This document shows positions 11,750 through 23,005 of a stretch of 38,192 nt of DNA, piece by piece (within the stretch, counting starts at the first letter, position 1; each line of letters begins with the position of its first letter). Under the pieces are notes generated by a model, which was not told where the DNA came from, did not search any database, and saw nothing but the letters and a program-made list of their open reading frames with translations. The stretch is from Craspedostauros australis (Eukaryota), in the NCBI GenBank assembly GCA_030167865.1, contig JALAGF010006376.1:1-38192 (forward strand), given 5' to 3'. A program made the translations under genes and the position numbers.

Positions 11750-14700
11750 ATGGGATTGAGAAGGAATGGCGCGAGGACAGCACTCCTGGTCTGGAGCACC
11801 TGCCTGTCATGGACCGACCATGCGATGGTGGAGGCGCAGACCTGCCAATTCGGGGGCCAGACATTCCAGCCGGGCGACAACCTGAGCTCGGTGCTGCCCA
11901 ATCGATGTCAGTCGCCGGACGACCATCCCTGCTTCTGCAACCCCTCTGCACCAGGGCAGATCGAGTGTCCCTTCTGCACCTTCCTCGACGAAAACGACCA
12001 GCTCATCTGCGCCAACGACGATCAATCAGTTACCTTCGTCAACCAGAGCGGCAGTCCGGAGACCTGCTCATGCCAAATCCCTGTGCCCTTCACGGGGGCT
12101 GTCGAAACCTCCTGTCAGCCTGCCACCAACACCTGCGAGATCCTCGTGGGAGGTTCCATGCGGACCTTCCTGGAGGGCGAGGTCATCCCCATTGTCAACC
12201 GTTGCTTGGAACAGGACGGATTCGACTGCGTGTGCAACCCCAACGCGCCGGGTCGCATCGAATGTCCCTTCTGCAGGGTCAGCAACTCCGACAACGACCT
12301 CGTCTGCATGCAGGACCAGGCGATCGTCGACTTGACGGATAGTGACGGCGATGATGTCACGTGCGAATGCAACCTCATCCGATTGAACAATGGCAGTCTC
12401 GATGCGCAAGCGACCTGCGAGACCAGGGTGATCAATTCACCCACGGCTGCGCCAACGAAAGCCCCCACGGAACAAGGTGAGTTATCAGTAGAACCGACCC
12501 TGCAGCCGACCTCGCACCCAACTTTGCAACCGACCCTGCAACCGACAGATGGAGTTCCTGTTGGCACAGACTTGCCAACCTCACCGCCCTACACGAAACC
12601 CCCAGTCACATCCTTTCCCACGGCAGTGCCAACAGGGGCGCCGACACAAGGTACGCAGACAGCAGCCCCGACAACCCAATCACCGCTTCCTCCACCCACC
12701 GAATCGCCATCGCAGACAAGTACGAGCGTACCCACGCAGTTGCCATCATCACCGCCATCTACAGCAATTCCGACCCAGTCTCCCACGTTCCGTCCTTCGC
12801 TGCGACCCACCGAACTCGCATCGTCGTTAATATCGCCATCATCACCGCCAACCCAGCAATCACCTCCTCTTCTATCGTCAGCGCCAACCTCATCGCCTTC
12901 CTTCACACCCACCACACTGGCGCCATCATTATCACTCGACGTAAGCTCGCAATCACCAACCCAAGGTGAGTCAGCACCTTCCAGAACAACGTCGACTCAT
13001 GCCAACGGTGCTCCATCATCGCTCTTCGCAATCAAGAGTGCACGTCACGTCATTCCACTGCAAATTGGCAACCGCAATCCGACATCGATTCAACCAACCA
13101 ATCAACCAATCTCAAGTCAGGTGGAGTCTTGACACCGATGCGCCGAACGCTGCGATTGTGCTACCATTCTTCACCTTCATACCAACTCTTCCATTTCAGA
13201 TGACACAAACACCGATGAGCTGGAAACTGGTGCAAGGTGGAGGCTGGGTTTGGGTGGCGGTTTGGACATCAGTTCAGCAATCTCATCATCGTACGGTATG
13301 ATCATGAACCTGTCGTCACCTAGTCGAATGCCGTTTCCTCAATCACCCTCTTTGCTCTTTCTTTGTTCATCATCACTTCTTTGTCTCCTCTTCTTCACAA
13401 TCCACTACTTTATTCCCTTGGGATTGCAACAGGAACTGGATCGACAGATCCACCTGTTGACCTTGGCATCAGAACCGAGCCAAATGGCAACGGCGGTTGC
13501 CAAGTCACGACATCCGATGGCATCACGCAGTTCGCCAGTGGCGAATCCTACGGCGCTTTGGTTCCAAGCCCATGTGGTCCCGACTTCTCTCTGCGCTGCA
13601 GCCCCAGCTCGGACGATGCCATATTCACACCGTTCTGCGTCTACGATAATCTGCAATCCGGCGAAACGATCTGCGCACAAGTCGATGAGGCACTTCAATT
13701 CGTCAACCAGGACGGGAAGACGGAATCCTGCGAATGCAAAACCATCTTCGCGGCGATCCCGCCGTTCTCAACCTGCACCCTAGTCACGGAACCTCCGGAG
13801 CCGACCGAGGCGCCAACTCCCAATCCCACGGCATTGGCAGATGAACCGACCGACGGTGGCGGCGACACGGATGGTGTGCCGACAGCGATGCCAACGCAAG
13901 AACTTGGTACGAACAGCACAGACACGAATACGACCGACGGGACCGGTGGCAACATCACCGATAAAGATGGAGACAGCGACGACACAGACACGCGGACCAG
14001 CTCACTTCTTGGTGACACAGACCTCCCCATCGTGGATGAGCCGCTGGTATTCTACACATTCGTCGTCCTCGCCATCACTTCCATGGTTTGCTGTCTCACT
14101 TCCATCCTGCTGGTCATGAACCGATGCATCGTCTTCCGACGACTGGACCGCGAACAGCGAGAACGAGAATGGCAACACGAGCAGGCCATGCGGAAGCAGA
14201 AAGAACTGGAGGAGCAGCGTGAGGAGCAGATCAGGCAGCACGAACAGGAACTCAAGGAGCGGTCATTCTACTACGACAGCGACGGGAAGCTCATGCCAAA
14301 GCCGATCCTGCGTTCTCCCAGCTATTACTCTGGGGCAGGATCGATCAAGTCTGGCTACAGTGGTCACAGCGGTTACGGTGGTGCTGGCGATGACGACGGC
14401 TCCGTCTACAGCCGAGCAAGTGCACGATCCCACGGCTCCGTCTACAGTCGAGCAAGTTCACGATCCCACTGCTCAAGGGCCAGCTCCAAACGAGTCCGAT
14501 TCTCCGACTACGAATCTGATGGCACAGACGACGATGATAGCCACTCCATGTCGGGGGTGTCGCACGCATCGTCCACTCCGTCCATGCGCAGCACCACGAG
14601 TTCCAGGCAGTCGTATCATTCCTCTCGCAGCGTCGACCACAGCAACAGCCACGATGACTACGACGTGGAACAACCATCTGTTCCACCGCCGCCACCACGA

Positions 14701-14847
14701 CGTCGACGATCGAAACGAGATGAACGTGGTCGGAAGGACAAGAAGGATCGACGACGAGCACGACGGAAGGCACGTCGGGAACGACGCAGTCGAAGCCGAA
14801 GTAGGAGCCGCAGCCGCAGCAGAAGCCGTGACCCAAACAGAAGGTAG
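11750..14847 (+). CDS. Type I single-pass surface protein: signal peptide, three Cys-rich modules, Pro/Thr/Ser stalk, TM, Ser/Arg-rich tail (about 908 aa, 3 exons)
   Basis: Exons 11750-12965, 13200-13295 and 13433-14847 are joined by phase-1 GT-AG introns (G|GTGAGT..TTTCAG, G|GTATGA..CAACAG), giving 2727 nt with an open frame. Cys modules lie at 11843-12115, 12134-12418 and 13498-13776; TM at about 14047-14118. The shared module links the two long track ORFs into one gene. Confidence 0.8.
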
Positions 14848-15325
14848 CGGCGATGCGGTTGATGTGATTCGAGCACTCGTATGTACTCAAGAGTGCATGC
14901 TCTCTCCCCTCAGACAACTGAGACGTTCACCAATTTAATGCATGTGGTAGAAGTACACGAGAATATAAATAGTAATCTACCAGGCATATCGTATGGTTCT
15001 GAAGCCAACGGTTCATGTTCGATTGGACTACGCATCGCATCTAGCCTATACAGATACTTCTGCGCGGTCCAATGCGAGTGTATTGTATTTGTATGGCACC
15101 AACGCAAGTGGAATGACCGCAGAGCACATGTAGGAGCCATGCCACCTGTGCGGAGCAGAGCGAACTGCGCCGAAGACATTTGTGGCTTTCATACGCGTAC
15201 TCGGACCTGCACTTCCCGAGTTTCAATTGCGGCCGTACCAACAGTGACAGTGCTTATGAAGCGTTTCCTCCGCAGATGAGATCAACACGTGCTCTATTCG
15301 TGATCCCGACGTTGTGCCTGTCTTT

Positions 15326-17496
15326 TCAAGAGGTGTAGAGCTCTTGGACGCGCTTCCAGGTTGCATCATCAGCCTTCAACAGCCTGTATGATCTTCCACC
15401 ATCGCCATCGCAATGCCCCATGAAGATATCCTCGCGATACTTTCCCTTTTGGCTTGTTTTGATCAGCTCATCACCGGTCAGTTCATAGAGCTTGTTTTCA
15501 AAGTCGGTGCGCATTTCGTGCCATCGATGCACCAGCATGAGGCAATGGTCTGCGCATGTTGACAAAGAGATTCAGTGCAATGAAATGCGTTGCAGCGTAG
15601 TTTCGCGTAGTTGGGAAGGCGATGAATTGCGCCATGCGGCGTGTGCACGGGTGTGTGAGTGAACAACAGTTGAGGACAACGCCCAGCAGCTTGGATCTCA
15701 CAATGAAAACGACGAAGAAGCAATCGCCCACGCATGCACATGCACGCGCTTTGATGCGTCGATTGCTGTGCTCGCTGTTCCACGTACCTATGTCGACAGC
15801 GTCTGTATCAATGGAATCGCCCCGGGTATCCTTTCTGCCACCTGGGTATCCTTTGGCCTGGCAGTTCCATGGTTTCCGGCCTGACGTGATCAATGATGAG
15901 AAATGAAAATGGAAACGAAAATCGAAATGGGAAGATGAGAGGTGGAGCGCAGTATGGATAGAGTGCAGCTCATGCGCAAAGCGAGAGAGATCACATGCAG
16001 CATATCAGAGGCAACCACGCGATTGGATGCTCCCTGCCACAAACACTACGACGAAAGAAGGAAGGCCGGTCATTCGAACTGCATTCGAACTGCACACGCA
16101 CTGCCTGCCTCCCATCTGCAAGCTGTTTCTGCAAATTGCCGGATCGTCCAACGAACGCCGTACTCCTATTTCCATACTTACAGTACGTGTAGTGCACGTT
16201 GTAGATCATACTCATATCTGTGTGCATGCAGTCCTCACAGACATCATCTGGACTGTTGTTGCGACACTTGCCATGGAGCTGCTTTCTGTTCTTCATGAAG
16301 TTGGGATGGTGGTTGTACCGCACGTCCAATCCCATGTGATTGTACCGACACTGGTTCAACTCCACGGCCGTGTTGGGCCGCACCATGTCGTAGAAGTACG
16401 CCATCAATCCTTGCATGGCCATGGACCCAACGTACCCACCGTAACCTGCCGACGACCAACCGTTGGCTGCCTGATAGCCCGACGTGTAGTTGCCCTCCAG
16501 GACCACATCCGACACGTCCTGGACCATGGTCTCGTCGCGCCGTGTCAGCAAGAACCCTGCCTGATACATCGCCTTGCGTCCTGGAATGGACTGAGGCCAA
16601 TCGCGTGTGATGAAGGCATCGATGCGATCCGGCAACGGCTCGTTGGGCCGTTCCAGCAGCAGCGATTGTCGCGCCGCCATGCCCTTCTCGGAGTCCTTAT
16701 CATACAGAATGGCGTCAAAGAGGTTGTCCATGGGCTGATAGAATGCAAAGTCGATATCCACATGCACGATGACTGGTTCCGGCAACGTGTACGCGAAGAG
16801 CTTGACGAATTCGTCGCTGCCGCAGCACCATTCCTTGTGAATGTTCCGCTTGAGATATTGCCCGCGGATCTGTTTGGGATCGACTGGCGGATCCACGATG
16901 ACGGGCGTGAAACCCACATCGGCCAGAATGCTGGAGCACTTCTCCGCCTGCCTGTGGATGATGGCGTACATTTTGTAATCATATTTGGAACCTGAGGATG
17001 GGTTGCGGATGGAGGTCATGTGGACGGAATGCCGCAGAATCATCGCTGCGTCCGTGAGGCCTTCCGCGAAGGTCTGGAAGTCGCCGCATTTGATCATGGA
17101 GATGGCGTACGCCACCGTGTTTGTTTCCGTGCTGGCTGCCGCCATGGCGTTTGCGCTGGCAGAATTCAAGGATGCCGACAGCTGGGGGGCTTTGGGCTGG
17201 CTGCTGCTGCCGCTGAGACCACTCACACCAGCTCTGGCACTGCCGGTGCCGCTCGTTGACTGCCGACTGCTGCGGACAGCGGCTTCATTTTCCACCAGCT
17301 GGATCTGCGCTTGCGAGAGCTGCGCGTCATCATCGAAGGAGAGGCTCCAGCTGATCAGCACAACCAGAACCAGACCAAGCGAGGCCTTCAGCAAGACCGA
17401 CGTCCATGCCGTGGCTGTTCCCGTGGGCCTTTTCAGCGCCGCAGCTCCTTTGCGATTCCGCGGCAACGTCTTTGACTTCGTCACGCGACGCGCCAT
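15326..17496 (-). CDS. GT-A fold glycosyltransferase, GT8-like, type II membrane protein (543 aa, 3 exons)
   Basis: Exons 17496-16182, 15880-15788 and 15549-15326. Splicing rebuilds VHYTYCRKPWNC (GT8 H..KPW motif) and AVDIDHC..WH. Also has EFVKLFAY, IVHVDID (DxD), QAGF and MQGLMAY, with a basic N-terminus followed by one TM helix. Confidence 0.88.
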
Positions 17497-17755
17497 CTTC
17501 CAGATATCGACGAAGTGGCAGTCAACGTTCTTGATGCCGCTCGTGTATTCGCCGAAGTGGTCGCAACGACTATTGGTGGAGTGGCTCGTATCTATCACGA
17601 CTATGCGAGGTATGGTACATGTAATAGCTGTCCAGAGATTGCAGTTTGGGTGATGATTGTGACCGTTGGTTGTTTTGGCGACTTTCGTTGTTGTTTGCTA
17701 TTTTCCACGTTGGTTGTACGTTGGAATCCGACTCAGTCGACTAAAATAGCACAGG

Positions 17756-17767
17756 TTTGGCGCCAAA
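17756..17767. promoter_or_regulatory. E2F-like palindrome TTTGGCGCCAAA
   Basis: A perfect 12-bp palindrome matching TTTSSCGC on both strands, about 260 bp upstream of the glycosyltransferase ATG. Confidence 0.3.
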
Positions 17768-17978
17768 AACGAGGAGGTAGAATTGGAGAAGTTGTGTGCT
17801 TGTAGGTTGGTTGCCTTGCCATCCGCTGGAATCAGGAGGCACGCTTGTGCGGCAACACATGTTTACATCAAGTGGAACAGCTCTCGATCAAGGATGAACC
17901 TTAGTATTGTATGATATTATACGTCATGATGATATTGTATTCTATTGCTCTGCGCCATGTCGAAATGCTGCACCATCC

Positions 17979-20900
17979 TCAATGTGTCGCTGCGCCGTTT
18001 GGAATGAAGGCCGACCAAAATCCGATGATCGACAGTAGTCTTGATACTTGACTGTGCACCCCGTCCGAGTGGAATCGGCGAACGCGATCGAACATTGTTT
18101 CTCCCCAAGTGCACACATTTTCTGCTTCGCATGCTCCACCAGTTGTCCCATCTGCACCTGTACCTGCATCTGCTTCTACATTGGTGCTTGTGTCCGTGCC
18201 AGCTTCGATACCTTCCGCATCGTTCATGGAAGAAGCGAAGAATCCCCTCGACGTACTGCTGCTACTTTCATCGATAGCGGCAGCACTGTGAACCTCCGCG
18301 GCGCAGGCTTCCTCGAAGCTTCGTTGATTCCGTCTTCTTGGAAGGGGCTTTGCGAATCCGTACTTTTGGTGGCAAGCGCACAGCACCGGTCGGTTGGCTG
18401 ATCCGCAATTGGTCGCGATTTCGCAGAGAGCACGGGTGAAGTCGTGGCAGCCGATGAAGTCGTTGGGGTTGGCATTGCAACGGATGCTCTGGAACTTCTC
18501 GGCGACATCGTCGATGCGAGGCACAGGATCACGATCAGGGATGATGTTGAACGTGTGCCGATTAAGGCTTTCTCCCGTGATTGGCGTGCGGAACGTCTTC
18601 CTGGATATCATGGCGTTGGGTCCAGAAACAGCAATCGCAGACACATTCATCTGCGCTCCCACGATGGTCGACAATCCTCCACCCAGGCTATGCCCAGTGA
18701 CTTGGACATGATCGTACTTTGGATCCTTCTTCAGCTGCTCGATGAATGGTGCTATGATCTCTTCAAATGACCCATTCTTCATCTCCCTCGATTCAACCTG
18801 ATCCATGACATAAACGAGCTCTGTTGAAAGGAAATGAGGCGTGCGGTAGTATTGGAAAACATCAAGGATTGGTGGATTGGTGAGATATGTAAGGGACCCT
18901 CGCCATGCATCTAAGCCCAACGATGCTCGCGGAGATCATGCAAGGCAGATTTCTTCTGACAAGATCACAGTGTGACAGCAGGGCAACTTACTTTCCAAAA
19001 TGGGCGTCCACATGGCACCGAAGGGAAGGAGTGCGCGGATGCCCTGGACGATCAATGCGGGAAACCACAGCTGGCTGTCAGCAAGCACGTCGAAGGCGTT
19101 CTGTGTTCCGCGGATGGAAACGATGGCGTGCTTCTTCTTGACGGTGAATAATTTGAAGCTCGCGGCGCTGTCTGCCTTGTTCTTCCGTTCCTTGTACTTG
19201 CGCACGTCTTCCTCCCGAAAGTCGACGTTCACCCCACCCTGGAACCAACCATTCAATTCTTCCTGTGTTTCATTTGGCATGTTGTATGCCAATCCTGCGA
19301 GGAAGCTGTTGACGGGCGATACCAGCGTCGTGTCAGTTGAGCAACAGATGGAGTGGAAGAGAATAGAGAGTAAAGGACGCGAAAAGAGATGAAGAGGTCA
19401 GGAATGGATGGGTCGTCCAAGAAGATTGTTCATCAAGTAGCGGCGGTGTTGTCAACCATACTCGTACATGCGAAACAGATCGAGTCGAGTCGACCAGAGC
19501 AGAACAGAGCCAAAAAGAGTAGAACATGGCTTTTCGGCTTCATCCAACAGCAAACTTCCGTCACTGGTCATTGGTCACTTCCATTCGCCCATCCAGCGCA
19601 ATCTCGACAGTGGTCACTTACATGTAGTCCGCGATCGTGGAGTTCTTGCCAAAGATCTCATCAATGTCGGGACGTTTACAGGAGGCATACAGCCTGTCGC
19701 TCGATGCCGGTGGGTAGTAAAAGTCATCAAGGTATGTGTGCCTCACTTTCTTCGTCGATTCAGGATCAGTTCCCAGGGCCATCTGAGAGATCGCGATATA
19801 AATCAGCACGGTGATTCGAAAAATCCACGTCCATAGCATCCGGCTGCTGTCATTCGTGATCTTGCTGACGGTGTTGGTCAGGCAGGATTTCTTCGTCCAT
19901 GCGGACGATTCTAGTTGATCCGTCGAGGTGCCAATTGCGTTGATCTTGTCCATGACCAGGGCAACGTCGAAGTAGTACCTTGTGTAGGAGATGCACACGA
20001 CGATCAGAAAGATGATCGAGATTGCGCGGTTACCGAGGTGCAGCAGCGTCCAATACGGGTACGCGACGAACACAATCATCTCGAGAGCAAACAGCACCAT
20101 GCAGGTGGTCTTTGTTGGCTGGATGGTCTTTTCATGTTTTCGAACCACGCAAATGCTGTGAAATGGGGGGTAAAGTATGGTAAAGTAATGCAAAGCAGAG
20201 CAGAGGAAAAGAATGTGATGGCAACGTGTGCGGCGGAGACGCGAAGGGATGAATTGGGATTGTGAGTCACGATGAAGGCGGATGGGTCAATTCCCTTTGA
20301 GGCAAAACATTCGATGGGGTCGCATCATTCCGTAGTTCCAGTTCGACGATGATTGGCCATTGCAACGAACATTGCATAGAGTTCGAGGAGAGTCGTCTCT
20401 GCACTTACCCAGTGCTTGGATAGTCTTCATAGTCGCTGCCATCCTGGTCGCTTTGTTCTGTCATCAGGGCCTTCTCTTTTTCGATCGTCTTAATAATCCT
20501 GTAGGGGTCTTTGAACGAGACGAGGTACGTGAAGATGGATGAAATCACGACGGCGCATACGATGGCCTCTGTGGGAAGATCGAACCACACCGAAACGGCT
20601 GCGACCAGGCTGGGGTACACAACGTTGCCAACAAAACAGAAAGTAATGCTGTTCTGAATTTGCGAATCAGTGAGCGCGCCGGATCCGTGTATGACGGCGA
20701 CGAAAGAGGGATCCAACGAGAGGCAGAAGACCCTTCCAAGTCCCCAGACTGACTTCGTTACGAAGGGTCGGTGCTTGCGGACATCATCAGTTGTCATCGT
20801 GCACTCTGGGGTTTCCAACTTGTCGAAGAAGCGGAATGGTGGCTTGTGAAGGAAGGAGCAATTGGTCAGCACCGCTGTCCATGGACCGAGCCGACCGAGG

Positions 20901-22219
20901 AATCCATCAACGTTGGAGTCGATAATGTCAGTTTTGTCGACGTCCAGTTGTGCTCCTGTGCCGCAGTTGGTTCTCACCATCAACGTGCTACTTTGGATAG
21001 CGCTGAAGGTCTCAACCTGGCGGAGTTCGATGCAGGCGATGGCATTGCGAAACCAATGGAATCGACGATCTCCAGCCTTGGCTTCGCTGTCATCGTTGCC
21101 TGCACTCTTGGTACCAGTGCTGCTGGTGCTACCATTGTTCCGTTGCTTCATTTCATTCCAGTCATCGATCGACTTGATCGCCCGTGCAACGCGGACGACG
21201 CCGACGCTGGAAGCGAAGAGGACAAACACCAAGGCGACGAGTGCGATCCAAGTGAGCGATGTCCATGTCCAGAATTCCTCCATCTTGAACGAGAGAGTAA
21301 TGCAAAGCATGGTTGTGGGCAGTCCCATCATTGTGGTGGAGAAGAACCATTCCACCACAACCTTGTCGAGGTCAGTGTTCCAAAAATGGAAGCACTGGCT
21401 CATGACGTGATGTCCTGACCAAAGCTCGCTGCAGAAGGTTGTGGCGAGGATCATCATGGATGAGAACCCGTTGACCAGACTAACGATGGCGAGCATGATG
21501 CCTGCGAAGACCTCAAACTCGAACGTCTTTTGCTTGGTTGTCTGGCCGGACTGCAGCGTCAGGTCCAGGACTACATTGAGCAAGATGTGCATGCACATGC
21601 CGAAGAGGAAACCTGTCAATAATGCAGCAACTGCCGTGTACAGAGCCCGCAGACCCTGCAAGCGCTTGGTCATCGTCTTCACGTTCCTCATCGTGAAGTT
21701 GTGCGTCTTCGTGTTGCGGTCATACGATTCCTCAAGAACCCAATGCATGGTTCGGTTGTTAAATACCCTGATGAACTTCGTTTTGCATGCCGACCGAATG
21801 ACGCACGATGCTGACGGCATCGAGCAGTGATCCAGGAAGTTGTTTTCCAACATCAGCGGCGCTGTCTCCGCTGGCTGCGACGTCCTTTCGCTTCTATCGA
21901 CGAAGCATTGGTCGTCTTGATTGGGCTGAGCTGAGTTGGTCTGGATGACCTCGGCGTTCGGTGCCATAATCGGATGTGATGCGTTTCGATGAGGCGAGAT
22001 GAATTGTTGGTGTTGGTGTTGGTGTGCGCAGCTTTCGTTGCTGTTGTTGCTATTGTTGCTGCTGTTGTTGCTGCTGTTGCGAGCGTTGGAAATGATAGAG
22101 AAAGGTGTTGTTGCTTGTGCTGGTCGCTTGTATTGCGATTGCGTTTGCTTTGCTTTTGGTGCTTTCGACATTGTGAGGACAGAGGCAGCGTCATCAAGAT
22201 GGCGATTGTGGATGGACAT
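17979..22219 (-). CDS. Polytopic membrane protein with a C-terminal class-3 lipase domain (about 1166 aa, 4 exons)
   Basis: Exons 22219-20409, 20155-19622, 19305-18992 and 18820-17979; all three donors are GTAAGT, all acceptors CAG, and the frame is continuous (3501 nt). Lipase motifs: ADYIFLAGLAY, VSIRGT, VTGHSLGGG, SGPN, DPVPRID, GCHD. About 9-10 hydrophobic segments precede the domain. The start codon is uncertain. Confidence 0.88.
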
Positions 22220-23005
22220 GGGTTGGCTGTGCCCAACGCCCGAACACGAGGATCAACAGGAAGACGTCATCGTCACATCATCGTATCATCGTATCATCGC
22301 TGTGTGGCTGGTGCCGTCACCTCATCTTCTCCTGCCGCGGAGCGATGGCCGATCGACATGTGTTTGGATTCTATGCATACAGGATGCACAAAATGTGCCC
22401 GTGGATGGTGAGGATTTATTGACTTCGGAATGATGATTCGCTCACACAAATCCCAACCTTCACCTGTCATCTTTGATCGCTTCGTTGGCTTCAATCACGA
22501 TTGAACACCACACAGGACTGACTTGAATCATCATTGGCAGGAATGGCATTGGTGAAGCTTCTGCCTTGCGCCAACGCGACGTAGTCTGCAAATCCCGGTG
22601 CGGCGCCAGCAACAGTGCACAAGTAGTCGTGCTCGTACAGCGTACCTACTATGAGTATTCGTGCGGCCATAACAGCCATTGAGTTCGTGCTCGTACGAGT
22701 TGCGGAGGCTGCGCAATCTCAGGTTCTTGGAGTTTGACCTCTTGTCGTGATCTTGAGCCTCAAAGTTGCTCAGGAGGGGAGGCCATCAGAAGTAATCGAT
22801 CACATCTGTAGATCGTACCGTGCCATACACTCTCCTGCTCAGTGAAGTTCGCTGATCCTTCGACGAGTATGTGCAATTGTGGAAAGTGACCGTGGCAAGG
22901 CAATCATTGGCTTTCACTTCCTCGGCGGTCATGTCGGCCAAGTTGTGTGATGCATAGATGGTGTTCTCCGTGTCCCTGATGCCCGTGGCGTCATCGCTGT
23001 CGTCC

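Noticed and set aside
15326..15893. Separate small genes at 15326-15565 and 15498-15893
   Set aside because: They contain exons 3 and 2 of the glycosyltransferase; splicing restores the conserved motifs.
16027..16995. Long antisense ORFs (also 6107-6808, 32388-33416, 34052-34636)
   Set aside because: They overlap well-supported genes on the opposite strand and show no motifs, as expected from codon bias.
22430..22521. Possible C/D snoRNA (ATGATGA ... CTGA)
   Set aside because: No terminal stem, no recognisable rRNA guide, and it lies in the lipase upstream region; such boxes occur by chance.
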